DNA of 63,953 bases, filler included, from Octopus bimaculoides (Eukaryota), in the NCBI RefSeq assembly GCF_001194135.2. It is 6 parts of 6 records of this genome, joined end to end, with 100 filler letters (N's around TTAATTAATTAA, not from the genome) between each part and the next. Parts side by side here need not be neighbours in the genome. Positions count along the whole stretch, not along the records: positions 1 to 8,423 come from NC_069001.1; positions 8,524 to 19,534 come from NC_068999.1; 4 more parts are not named here. The stretch is one strand, 5' to 3'. The notes under the pieces were generated by a model. That model worked only from the letters and a program-made list of their open reading frames with translations. It was not told the origin of the DNA and did no database searches. A program made the position numbers and the translations under genes. How positions within the stretch are numbered: the stretch's first letter is position 1; every line of letters begins with the position of its first letter. Below, piece after piece: positions 1 to 11,629 of this stretch.

Positions 1-331
1 TTATCTAATTTCAGTGGAATCTATCCACTGGTTTTCAGAAATAGAGTTATTAATATTTCTAAGTCTCTCTAAAGGAGACTACGGCAGCGGTACTGGAAAT
101 TAATAGTTATCGCCAAGCCAACATGGCAGTCCCAAAATTAGGACGAAAGCTGCCGTGAATTAGCTCCAAGAAGCCATCGCCTCTAGCTAGCTATGTGACA
201 CACGAAACCTGTGTCCTTTATAACCTTCGAACAGGGGAGGTCAGCAGTGTCCCCCTGCTGGTTTGGCATCTGCAGACTAGACTAGTTTCAGGGTGTTGCC
301 CCTTGTCAATGCAGAGTAGCCAAGCCTTAGC

Positions 332-362
<31 letters not shown>

Positions 363-648
363 GCCAATTCAATAAGACATAGAGAAAAAGAAAAAAACTA
401 ACAAACAAACGTTTGGACGTGGCACAAGTAATGTATTGATAAGACGCTCAGAGAAAGAAAAGAGTAGAAGTTTTACACTTCGAGCATGGCTCTTCTTCGG
501 ATAGAGGAAGAAACTTGAAAGTCCGAGAAGGAGGAAAAACAATCGCCACATGCATACATACACTCATCCATACATTGGTGTAAATCTCATCAAAAAACTG
601 AATAAAGACGATCAGCCATAAACAAAAAGGGGGAAAAAAATCATAGAC

Positions 649-1006
649 GCAGGCATGGCTGTGTGTTAAGAAGCTAACTTCCCAACCACATGGTTCTGGA
701 TTCAGTCCCGTTGCGTGACATCTTGGGCAAGTGTTTTCTGCTATAGTCTCAGGCAGACCAAAGCCTTGTGAGTGAATTAGGTAGACGGAAACTGGAAGAA
801 GCCCGTAGTATATATGTGTATATGTTTGTGTGTCTGTGTTTGTCCCCCCATCATCGCTTGACAACCGATGTTGTGTTTACGTCCCCGTAACTTAGCGGTG
901 CGGTAAAAGTGATGATAGAATAAGTATTAGGCTTACAAAGAATAAGTCGGTGCTCCAGCATGGCCGCAGTCAAATGACTGACACAAGTAAAAGAATAAAA
1001 GAATAT
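649..1006 (+). mobile_element. tRNA-derived SINE family A (probably the octopus OK type), near full length
   Basis: A-box-like GGCTGTGTGTTAAG, B-box-like GGATTCAGTCCC, internal (TG)n, tail CAGTCAAATGACTGA..(AAAAGAAT)n. Confidence 0.85.
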
Positions 1007-1074
1007 TATAAAGATAAAATAATTCACCACTTCTAAAGTATATAAAAATTTAATTCAAAAACCTGGATTCCTCT

Positions 1075-1123
1075 ATTTCTTGCCCTCTTTCTTTCTCTTC
1101 TCTCTCATTTTCTCCCCATCCCC

Positions 1124-1155
<32 letters not shown>

Positions 1156-1875
1156 CGCTTTTTCTTTCTCTTCGTCACTCTCTTACTCTCTCCATGTGTT
1201 TCCCCCTCTTCCTTCTCTCTGTCTTCTACTTATACTCTTTCGCTTCTCTTTATCTGTCTTTATTTCACAAACTCTGATTGCTCTCTCTCTCCCTCTCTCT
1301 CCCTCTCTCTCTCTCTCTCCTATTTCTCCTCTCTATATTTCTTTCTCTGCTTCTCTCTCTCACTCACTTTATTCTTATCGTTTTTTCCCTTGTCCCCTTT
1401 TCTCTCTTGCACTTTCTTCCGATTTCTCTCTGTTTCTTTATCTCTCTCTCTTACTCTCTCTCACTTTCTCTCACTCTCTCTGTCTCTATTTATCTCTGTC
1501 TCTCTGTCTCTTTGTGTCTCTATCTCTCTCACTCTGTCTTTATTTCAATTCTTCCTCCCCTTTCCTTCTCATTATTCTCTTCAGCAGCACCACCACCACA
1601 CCCGCCAATCATCACCACCACTACCACCACCGCCGCCATCACCACCGCTACCACCACCACCACCACCACCACCACCACCATTATTGTTATTATTATTCCC
1701 ATCTCAACACGTTCTCTTAATACTTCCTCACCCAACTCTTACCTTCTTTCTTAGTTTTTCTTCCTTCTGTCTCTTTATCTGCCTGTCTGTCAGTCTGTCT
1801 GTCTGTCTGCCTGCCTGCATGTATGTATGTATGTATGTATGTATGTATGCATGCACGTATGTATTTATGTATATA
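1075..1875. repeat. Compound microsatellite block (CT)n, (CAC)n, (TGTC)n, (ATGT)n
   Basis: Direct inspection; explains the overlapping low-complexity ORFs. Confidence 0.95.
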
Positions 1876-2338
1876 TGTATGTGTGGATGTGCGAATGCCT
1901 CTGCCTGTCTCTCTTTCTCCTTCATTACCTCCCAGTTCCGTTATGAAAATTGAAAACAGAAAAATGATATTTTTTTCTGAAAAAAGTCAAAAATTTGTGT
2001 TAAAATAGAAATTTAATAAAACAAACCAAAATAGATTGTTGTTTTAAAAAAGAACAAGAGAAACATCAACAACAGAAACCACAACACAGCAAGAGCACAA
2101 ACAACAACCACATCAACAACAGTATCTGCAATATCTAACAACCACTGCTGTATATAACAAATATAAAGCAAGATAAAAACATTATGGAATTTACAACAAC
2201 AATAACAACAGCAACAACAACAACAATACTTGCAAGTGTAGCAACTACAATAGTATGTACAATAGCAGCACCAATAATAAGTGTGACATCAACACCAATT
2301 GCAGCAGCGATAGCAATAATTGTAATTATAACAATATA

Positions 2339-2557
2339 GGTTTCAAACTTTGGCACAAGGCCAACAATTTCGAGTGAGGGGGATAAGTAGATTGCATCGA
2401 GACCAGTGCACAACTGGTACTTATTTCACCGACCCCGAAACAGATGAAAGGCAAAGTCGACCTCGGCGGAATATGAACTCATAACGTAAAGACGGACGAG
2501 ATGCCGCTAAGTGTTTTGTCCGGTGTGCGTTAACCCATTCTGCCAGTTTGCCGCCTT
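2339..2557 (-). mobile_element. tRNA-derived SINE family B
   Basis: Reverse complement of GGCGG..CTGGCAGAATGGGTTA...CGCCGAGGTCGACTTTGCCTTTCATC...CTTGTGCCAAAGTTTGAAACC. Further partial copies at about 2680, 3190 and 4232. Confidence 0.85.
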
Positions 2558-3604
2558 CTAACAGTATTGGCGACATCAGTAACAAACTTTTAGTAATAAC
2601 AACCACATAAACAACAAACATCGACGGTAACAAAGCAAAATACACAACAGTAAGTTGTGCCTACACTACAATTGTTTCTGCGATAGGCACAAGGCCTGAA
2701 ATGCTTTGTGGAGGGCCTACTAGAAACTTGACTGCAACTTTATCTTATCGAATGTGAATAGATAAAAGGCATTGTTGACCTTGGCGGAATTCAAAATCAG
2801 AACATAAAATGCCGGGTGTAGTGCTGCCTAACATTTTGCACAGCGTACAAATATAATTGTAATAGTTCGCTGCCTTATACCTAGTTTACAATAAATGTAC
2901 CACACTACACTAAACTGTACAATAGTACACTATACACAGGGGGTGTCGGTTGCGGGGTTGTGCAAATCTGGGCAAGAATGTTTGAGGAAAAGTAGTAGTT
3001 GACTTGCAAGTCTGACCTCTCCATGATTTCAATATTTATTCATTACACAACGCATCTCTGTTTGCGACAGTTCACCAGCCAAGAGAAAATACCGCCAACC
3101 TGGGTACCTACAACGTGGCAACAGTATTGCTGAAGGGTTTGTTGTAAGAAGTGAAAAATTCGAAACAAACAATATAAAGCACGCTATCCGAGCCTCCACT
3201 CACCTAGTCTGGTAGTTTTTGTTTTGAGACCCTCGAAAGGATGAAAAGCAAAGTGGTTGATCTTGTTAGTATTCGAAATCAGAACGGTTACTGCTAGACA
3301 TGCTAGACTTCGCCAATTCACGGCCTTCACATTAAACAGTATTACAATAATATATATTGACGATATTTAGAACCCTGAAATAAACTTTGCAAGGCAAAAC
3401 GGAGTTGCTTTCGGCCATCCCAGCCCAGAGAAGGGCGTGGATGTCTCCTCCCCTGTCACAAATTCACGAGTCTTCATCTTAGATCTTTTTAGTCTTCGCG
3501 TCCATTTAATCATCCGCCCCCCTCCTCCATCTCATAAACCCTCACTACATTATATAACATCAATATAATACACAATAACACACTGCACTACACAAATATA
3601 TACA

Positions 3605-3905
3605 TGGGTGTTCGGCTCACGATCATAAGGTCGTAAATTCGATTCTCGGCCGCACGTTGCGTCCTTGAGCAAAACACTTTATTTCACATTACTCCAGGCC
3701 ACTCAGCTGGCAAAATGGATTGGTACCTGCATTTCAAAGGGGCCAGCCATGTCACATTTTGTGTCACGCTGAATGTCCCTGAGAACTACGTAAGGGTGCA
3801 CGTGTCTATGAAGTGCTCTGCAGCTTCCAAGTTAATTTTCACGAGCATGTGGCTCCGTTGACCGGATCAAGTGGAACACTCGCCGTTGTAATCGACGGAG
3901 TGCCA
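3605..3905 (+). mobile_element. tRNA-derived SINE family C (OR1-like, with a central GTCCTTGAGCAA domain)
   Basis: Head ...TTCGATTCTC, core GCGTCCTTGAGCAAAACACTT, tail GACGGAGTGCCA. Homologous to 47398-47633 and to the reverse complement of 39870-40050. Confidence 0.75.
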
Positions 3906-4679
3906 GTTTTATATTAAATTATAGTCAAATACACTATATTACATAATACTATACGACACTACAAGAGACTATACACTGCATTAAGCAACACAACACCTCA
4001 CTTCAATAAAATACACTAAATTGCATTCAACTGCAATCAAATATAGTAACTACATTGCCCTACATCAGATATTACGTACACAATCCAACACTACGCCATA
4101 CAACATACTGTTGCGTTACATTATTTTCCATTTAACTCAGGGCTCTCGTCTGTCGTTTACAATTGCAAGATCATGGTTTTGATTCCCAGACTGGGCGGTG
4201 CATTGTGTTCTTGAATGAAGCACTTCATTTCAGTGCTTAGCTGGTACTTATTTTATCGACTCCGACAGAATGAAAGGCAAAGTCGACCACGGCGGAGTTT
4301 CATCTCAGAACGTAAAGACGGTCGAAATGGCGCTAAGCATTTTTGCCTGATATTCTAACGATCCTGCCAGTTCGCCACCCTCATAGAGTTCCTTCCCAAG
4401 TAATCCAGACTCATAGAGCCGGTTCCCCACCCTTCTGTGGCGCATATATTTACTACCTGGACGAGACGCCAGTCCGTCACAGGACTACTCATTTTTGTTA
4501 GCTGAGTCGACAGGAGCAACGTGAAATGAAGTCCAGGAATCGAAACTACAACCTTACAATCATGAATCCAACATCTCCAGTGTATTTAATTATTATAGAG
4601 TAATATGGTGCATCGTGATGTTGTGTAAATAATGGTGGAGTATAGATTAATAGAGGTCTGCAGTTGGGTTGTGTTCTTA

Positions 4680-4905
4680 CGGTGATAATGATGAAGGCGA
4701 TGATGATAATGTGGATGGGGAGGAGGAGAAGGAAGAGGAAGAGGAGGATAGTCGTGATGGTGGCGATAATGATGATGATGATGATGACGTGGAGGAGGAG
4801 GAACAACAAGCAGAGCAGGAGGAGGAGGAAGAACAGGCAGAGCAGGAAGAGGAGGAGGAAGAGGTTTTATGTGATGATGATGGGGATGTTTATGATGTTG
4901 ATGAT
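4680..4905. repeat. Compound (GAT)n/(GAG)n trinucleotide tract
   Basis: Direct inspection. Confidence 0.9.
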
Positions 4906-6673
4906 TTGAGATGTTTAAACATATAAAAATGTAATTATCTAAATTATATCTTAAAACACTCCACACACTCCCCCACTCACTCAAAATGCCAATGAATGGT
5001 TTCTATGGTAACAGAAAAAAAAGGATTAAATATGACGTCACGTTTTGGTTTGTTGATAGTTGTATGTGCATGTGCGTACGTGTGTGTGTCTATATATATG
5101 TACGNNNNNNNNNNNNNNNNNNNNNNNNNNNNNNNNNNNNNNNNNNNNNNNNNNNNNNNNNNNNNNNNNNNNNNNNNNNNNNNNNNNNNNNNNNNNNNNN
5201 NNNNNNNNNNNNNNNNNNNNNNNNNNNNNNNNNNNNNNNNNNNNNNNNNNNNNNNNNNNNNNNNNNNNNNNNNNNNNNNNNNNNNNNNNNNNNNNNNNNN
5301 NNNNNNNNNNNNNNNNNNNNNNNNNNNNNNNNNNNNNNNNNNNNNNNNNNNNNNNNNNNNNNNNNNNNNNNNNNNNNNNNNNNNNNNNNNNNNNNNNNNN
5401 NNNNNNNNNNNNNNNNNNNNNNNNNNNNNNNNNNNNNNNNNNNNNNNNNNNNNNNNNNNNNNNNNNNNNNNNNNNNNNNNNNNNNNNNNNNNNNNNNNNN
5501 NNNNNNNNNNNNNNNNNNNNNNNNNNNNNNNNNNNNNNNNNNNNNNNNNNNNNNNNNNNNNNNNNNNNNNNNNNNNNNNNNNNNNNNNNNNNNNNNNNNN
5601 NNNNNNNNNNNNNNNNNNNNNNNNNNNNNNNNNNNNNNNNNNNNNNNNNNNNNNNNNNNNNNNNNNNNNNNNNNNNNNNNNNNNNNNNNNNNNNNNNNNN
5701 NNNNNNNNNNNNNNNNNNNNNNNNNNNNNNNNNNNNNNNNNNNNNNNNNNNNNNNNNNNNNNNNNNNNNNNNNNNNNNNNNNNNNNNNNNNNNNNNNNNN
5801 NNNNNNNNNNNNNNNNNNNNNNNNNNNNNNNNNNNNNNNNNNNNNNNNNNNNNNNNNNNNNNNNNNNNNNNNNNNNNNNNNNNNNNNNNNNNNNNNNNNN
5901 NNNNNNNNNNNNNNNNNNNNNNNNNNNNNNNNNNNNNNNNNNNNNNNNNNNNNNNNNNNNNNNNNNNNNTATATATATATATACATATATACGGTGGGCT
6001 CTTCCGTCGAAGACGACGTATGAGAGTTCAGCTTTTGCCAAACGACCTGCATAATAAATGATTTTGTTTATAGTGATCAATTGTTCGTGCCGCACATTAG
6101 CTCACTCCACTTTGTCAAATCGACGTTGTCTGAACAGGTGCAACGGTGTGCCACGCGTCAGGTGTCGAAGTGATCACCGAGCAACATGAGATGAAGTGTT
6201 TTGCTCAAGAACACAACACACCACTCGGTCTAGGAACTGAAACCACCATCTCGGGATCGTGAGTCCATCACTCTAACCACTAGGCCATTTAAACTATAGG
6301 TGGATGTGTATGTTGGAACTTACCTATTCTTTTTTTGTTATCTATTTATGACCTTTAATCAAAAGAAGAGAGGAAAATATTACCTCTGACATTTGTATGA
6401 GAACTGGTGAATGTAAAAAAGATACCATTCCTCATGGGGAACTGCCAGACCGGAAACGTAGTGCCAGTCCAAACAGAGAAATCTCAACTAAACGCTGCTC
6501 GTGGCCAGCTAAAAATGATAACGATTTTGGCAACACTTGACAACACTTTCAATCTACTATGGAACATATATGCTATAATACAATATATATGTTATATATT
6601 TATACGTACAAGGTGTCCTACAAAATGTATACACTCATTGAGTGTATACACCGAGTCAATGTTTATTAAAATG

Positions 6674-6797
6674 CTCCGCCGAGGTCGACTTTGCCTTTCA
6701 CGTTCGATAAATTAAGTACCAGTTACGTACTGGGATCGATGTAAGCGACTGGCTCACTGCCCAAACATTTCGGGCTTTGTGCCTAGCGTAGAAGAGA
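6674..6797 (+). mobile_element. 5'-truncated SINE family B with a 16-bp target-site duplication
   Basis: Flanked by AATGTTTATTAAAATG at 6658-6673 and 6798-6813. Confidence 0.85.
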
Positions 6798-7245
6798 AAT
6801 GTTTATTAAAATGCATTTCATTTTTAAGACTTCCACACAAAAGAGCATGTTTTTCTTGTAACTTCACACAACAACTTCTGGCCGATTGTGTTTTACTTTG
6901 GAAGCTGTTTTAATCTTTTATGTATGCATAAACGAATACAGTATTTCACATATCTACGAATGTTTCTCTGCATATATATATATATATATATATATATCTN
7001 NNNNNNNNNNNNNNNNNNNNNNNNNNNNNNNNNNNNNNNNNNNNNNNNNNNNNNNNNNNNNNNNNNNNNNNNNNNNNNNNNNNNNNNNNNNNNNNNNNNN
7101 NNNNNNNNNNNNNNNNNNNNNNNNNNNNNNNNNNNNNNNNNNNNNNNNNNNNNNNNNNNNNNNNNNNNNNNNNNNNNNNNNNNNNNNNNNNNNNNNNNNN
7201 NNNNNNNNNNNNNNNNNNNNNNNNNNNNNNNNNNNNNNNNNNNNN

Positions 7246-7895
7246 CAGGGTTTTGACGATTAATTGAGACCAATTTAAGCACTTGACTTAGTGGGTTTAA
7301 CATATCATTTTTTTGACAAAACCTTGCATGCTTGATAATCTAATCTTCCTTTTTATTTTTCAGGTAAATAGCGAACTGATTCTACAACAGAAAGTCATGG
7401 AACAACAGAATCGTTCTGCCATTGTTGTTTTGGCGCGCGCCGAGCATACTGCCAATAAAATTATTAAATTGACGAAACTTCCAAAAGCAACAGTTTATTG
7501 TGTGTATAAACAATTTAAAGAAGAGGGGAAGATTGATAGAAAAGAACACAAGACTCGAAGTGATTCCAGGCTTCTCGCTGGCCTCAAATGCTCGATTGAA
7601 GCCAACCCATCCACATCCACGAGAAATCTTGCAAAGAAACGCAATGTGTCCCTTTCCAATGCGTTCAGAGCTGTGAACTGGAACCTTGGCATGTCTAGCT
7701 ATGTTCGCCGACGCTGTCACCTCCAAAAAGCCAAGGCCAAAGTAATCAGAGCCGAGAGATACCCAAAGCTTCTGTCATTCATCAAACTTCAAGGTGCTGG
7801 AAAAACTCCCGTGTTTGTGGACGACAAGATGTTCACTGTGGACCCTTGGACCCTGAGGCGAATCACAGAAATTCTCGAGTGATTGCATACAACCT
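7246..7895 (+). mobile_element. Truncated Tc1/mariner element, maT (DD37D)-like transposase N-terminus
   Basis: Starts CAGGGG at a gap edge. The ORF gives a paired HTH (MEQQNRSAIVVLARA...LPKATVYCVYKQFKEEG..NPSTSTRNLAKKRNVS) and the first-D motif FVDDKMFTVD. Cut off by a SINE. Subfamily judged from motif style only. Confidence 0.7.
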
Positions 7896-7899
7896 TGCT

Positions 7900-8160
7900 A
7901 CTGCTTATCTGACTGATCTTTTGCCAAACGGCTACGTTACGAGAATGTAAATACAGCAACACCTGTCATCGGGCGGCGGCGGTGGTGGGAGACAAATACA
8001 GACATAAAGACACACACGCACACACACACACACACACATGTATACGACGGGCCTCTTTCGGTTTCCAAAGTATAGAAGAAGACACTTGCCTAAGGACTCA
8101 CGCAGTGGGACTGAGCCCGGAACCATGAGGTTGGGAAGCAAGCTTCCTACAACACAGCCA
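7900..8160 (-). mobile_element. SINE family A copy truncating the maT-like element
   Basis: Reverse-complement match to 649-1006. Confidence 0.8.
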
Positions 8161-8467
8161 CATTTATATGTATGAATGTATGTCTGTTGATGTATCTATA
8201 TCTGTGACATATGTAAATATATACATCAATAAGTTTTTGTATTTTTAGGCATCACACTTCAAAATGTAGAAAATTTAAAGATTTTAACCGCAAATGTCAT
8301 GGTATAAAGCCACGATGAGGATATTATTAGGCGAGGACTGTAACCAGTCTTAAGTGTCAATGTCATTATATTCTCATCAATAATCGTTCAGCTTAGTCTG
8401 AATTAACTCCTGTGAAATTACAGNNNNNNNNNNNNNNNNNNNNNNNNNNNNNNNNNNNNNNNNNNNN

Positions 8468-8479
8468 TTAATTAATTAA
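8468..8479. other. Assembly spacer TTAATTAATTAA inside N-gaps (also 19579-19590, 23572-23583, 37552-37563, 60659-60670)
   Basis: An identical 12-mer with stops in all six frames, always between N-runs; a scaffolding artefact. Confidence 0.95.
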
Positions 8480-8520
8480 NNNNNNNNNNNNNNNNNNNNN
8501 NNNNNNNNNNNNNNNNNNNN

Positions 8521-9525
8521 NNNATTGATCAAGAAGTGTAAAGAAACAAGCAGTGTTTTGGATAAACCCTGTTCCAGGCAACCAAAGAGTTCAGATGAAA
8601 TGAAAGAGGCTGTCATGACCAAAGTTTCTACTAGCCCAAAGAAATCACTTCGTCGGACATCCACGGTGTTAGGTGCTCCAAAATCAACCATCCGCAAAAT
8701 CCTGGTTGAGGAAAAGTTTCATCCATACAAGCTACAGATATTGCATCACTTAAATGAAGACGACCCTGATACACGAATGCAGATGTGCAAATGGTTTTCA
8801 GATAAATTGGATGAAAATATCAATTTTACTAAAAACATTGTGTTGTTCAGTGATGATGCTATGTTTTATGTAAATGATGAGGTCAACAGACAGAATCTTT
8901 GATACTGGTCTCAAGGTAATCCACATTGGATGGATGCATCCAAACAGCAAGGCAGCAAAAAGGTGATGGTGTGGTGTGGTTTGTGGAAAGCTCATGTGCT
9001 AGGACCCTTCTTCTTTGATGAACATGTAACGGGTTAGACTTATTTAAACATGTTGAGAGACGAATTAATACCTCAAATTGAGCACCTAGGCGAGGGACTT
9101 CTGAATTGGTTTCAGCAGGATGGGGCCCCTGCCCATTTTGCTACAACTGTTAGAGATTGGCTTAATGACACTTTTCCTCACTGGATTGGAAGAAGGGGTC
9201 ATGTAGAATGGTCCCCTCGTTCACTAGACCTTTCTCCCCTTGACTTCTTTTTCTGGGGTATGTTGAAAGAGAAAGTTTATTCAATAAAGATTACAGATTT
9301 AAACCACATGAGAGAACGCATTACCAGTCAGTGTACTGAAATTGATGGCAATGTAGACTTATTTAATAGAGTTCACCTGAATTTTGCAAGATGCATCAAG
9401 TTATATATTGAAAATGATGGAAATCATTTTGAAAATATTATTTATTAACATTATAATTAAATAAAATTGTTTTGTTTTAAACAGATGTGTTAATCCCCAT
9501 GTACTCAGACTTTGTGGACACCCTG
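8521..9525 (+). mobile_element. Tc1/mariner transposon, DD40/41D (rosa/Visitor-type) transposase pseudogene with 3' TIR
   Basis: One frame from 8525 to 9448 with two stops. Motifs LFSDDAMF, KVMVWCG, WFQQDGAPAH and WSPRSLDLSPLDFFFWG, with 40 residues between the second and third D by my count. Ends ...TTTGTGGACACCCTG|TA. Confidence 0.92.
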
Positions 9526-9559
9526 TATATATATTTACAAAATATATCCATTTATCTTT

Positions 9560-11624
9560 TCCATTTTATAGAAACCAATATTTTCTGTTGACATTCACCT
9601 CAGTTAATTTCACTTTTCTCCCAATTCTGTGCTTTCTCAAAGAAAAGCCGCCACATAACGAAGATGTGATGTCAACTTGAAACTTCATGTGACAGTAGTC
9701 CTTTTGGTGGTGGTGGTACCTTGTGGGTTTTTACATACACAATCTATGAATTACAAGTTTCTTTCCAGGTCATCCAACTGAGTAGTATGCCCAATACTGG
9801 TTGGATTTATCAACACCACCCATATGCTTATTGTATGGATTATTTATTGTGTTTTCCCCCTCAAAACCACTTGTGGTTGTTCACTGGTAGACAAAAATAA
9901 AATTTGTCTTTTGTCCTATATAAGGTGACTAGCAAATTTTCTTTTGGCATCTGGAGAATGTCCTTTCTCTTTCCTAATTTAGTGGTTTTAATCTCATGGG
10001 GTAGCCCATTGCAATTGCTCATTATAGTACTGCATGTATAAGTACTTACAAGAGCAAAATGTTCTACCAAAGCCATCAAAGAAAAAAAAACTGGTCAAAA
10101 TGTACATGTTGATGTTGAAATGACTCAGTTTGAGACTATATAGCATCATGCTCCAATCCATTGTGTCTATTTCCATTATATTTTTTCCCAATGTAGATAT
10201 CAAAATTAGCACAATACCCTGTGTCTAATTCACAGACTTCCCATACCTTGATGCTCCATTTAGTAGGTTTAGAAAGTATGTTTGCCAAAAACATATTCTA
10301 CCCTTATACCCTATCATGGCTCCATCTAAAGTGAGATTTTTCCCTGGCAGACATAGTTTTATACTTTTTGGAAAGTAAATCATTTGTTAGATGCACTTTA
10401 TATAGGGGATGGTAGTTGGGTTCATTCCTGCTGGGGGCATTAGCAGAATCAATTAAGTGTAAATATTGAGATATTTTCGAATACCTGGTTTGGGACATGA
10501 TACCTTACATCTGAGCTCCAGCAGTTACACAATCTAGGAAACTGCTTTACATGAAACAATGTTTATAATGAAAAATGCTCGAATTTCTGCAGTATCAGTT
10601 GGCTGCCGTTGTGGAATGGGTCTTCCACGAGTAGAAATGATTTATTGAGCATATCTGTTTGTTTCTTCAGTAATACTTTCAAAAAAACTTTCAGGCAAAA
10701 ACAAAGATAGATAATCTAAGGGTTGAGCATCAGAAGATAAACTGTATTGTGAACCAGTCTTTTCTGAGAAATCTGAAATTGTAATTGATAGTGTAATTTT
10801 CAACCATGTTGCTATAATGTTCTGGATGGTGTCCTGAATATTTCATCTTTTACTTGTTTCAATCATTAGACTGCAGCCATAGTACTTATGTTTTTTAAGC
10901 CTGATATCGATCTCTTGAGCTGAACTGCTAAATTACAGGGATGTAAACACACCAACACTGGTTGTCAAGTGGTGGTGGGGGACAAACACAGATGCAAAGA
11001 CACACACATATATGACAGGCTTCTGTCAGTTTCCATCTATCAAATGCACTCACAAGGTTTTGGTTGGCCCAAGGTGAGAGTAGAAAATACTGGTCCAAGG
11101 GGACTGAACCTGGAACCATGTGGTTGGGAAGCAAGTTTCTTACCACACATCCACGGCTGAGCCTTTCACTATCAAAATTTTCTTGTACAATGAAAATTCA
11201 TATACATCTATTTCAGATTCATCTGAAGACAAATCACTGTTGTTATCATTTACATTTTGTATATCATCAAGTATAAAACCTTCAAAGGCAAAATTGCTAC
11301 TTGCTGACACCATATCAGTAAATACTAATAAACATACTTCACTTCAAATGTTTAAAAAAAAATACAGATCTCAAAAATTTTATGGTATTTATACTTGTAT
11401 TTAGGCAGGAAAGGCTTTATCTCATGTTACCTCAAAGCTACAAGAATTCAATAACGTGATTTGTTTATTTCTTTAGCAATTTTGTAGAGAAGCCATTTAT
11501 AGATGGTTATAACCAATTTGAACAAATAAAGGAGAAATTATTTCAGTCAGATACAGCTGGTCTGAAAAAATAAAGGAAAGGTTATTTCAGTTAGATACAG
11601 CTGGTCTAAATGCTAAAGGATTAA
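9560..11624 (-). mobile_element. piggyBac (PGBD4-like) transposon relic with one intact end, interrupted by a SINE
   Basis: Minus-strand fragments: acidic N-terminus MVSASSNFAFEGFILDD (about 11310), FFESITEETNRYAQ, MSQTRYSKISQYLH, AMIGYKGR..KPTKWSIKVWEVCELDTGY, YNKHMGGVDKS. The right end is AAATGCTAAAGGA|TTAA. Confidence 0.85.
10848..11157 (-). mobile_element. SINE family A copy inserted into the piggyBac relic
   Basis: Reverse-complement match to family A; piggyBac coding remnants resume on both sides. Confidence 0.85.
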
Positions 11625-11629
11625 AGATG

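Noticed and set aside
1080-1953. Overlapping Ser/Leu, poly-His, poly-Thr and poly-Pro ORFs
   Set aside because: Translations of (CT)n and (CAC)n repeats.
4669-4926. Acidic ORF (DEEE-rich, 85 aa)
   Set aside because: Compound GAT/GAG microsatellite with long low-complexity ORFs in several frames and on both strands; no convincing splice context.
4977-6095. Long ORFs of 320-372 aa (also at 22174-22811 and 62534-63656)
   Set aside because: Read-through across N-gaps.
8468-8479. Recurrent TTAATTAATTAA 12-mer (five copies) that could look like a regularly spaced repeat or piggyBac target
   Set aside because: Always embedded between N-runs; an artificial six-frame-stop scaffold spacer.
11476-11573. 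Exon-like open frame NFVEKPFIDGYNQFEQIKEK after an AG
   Set aside because: Lies within the non-coding piggyBac terminus homologous to the MITE.
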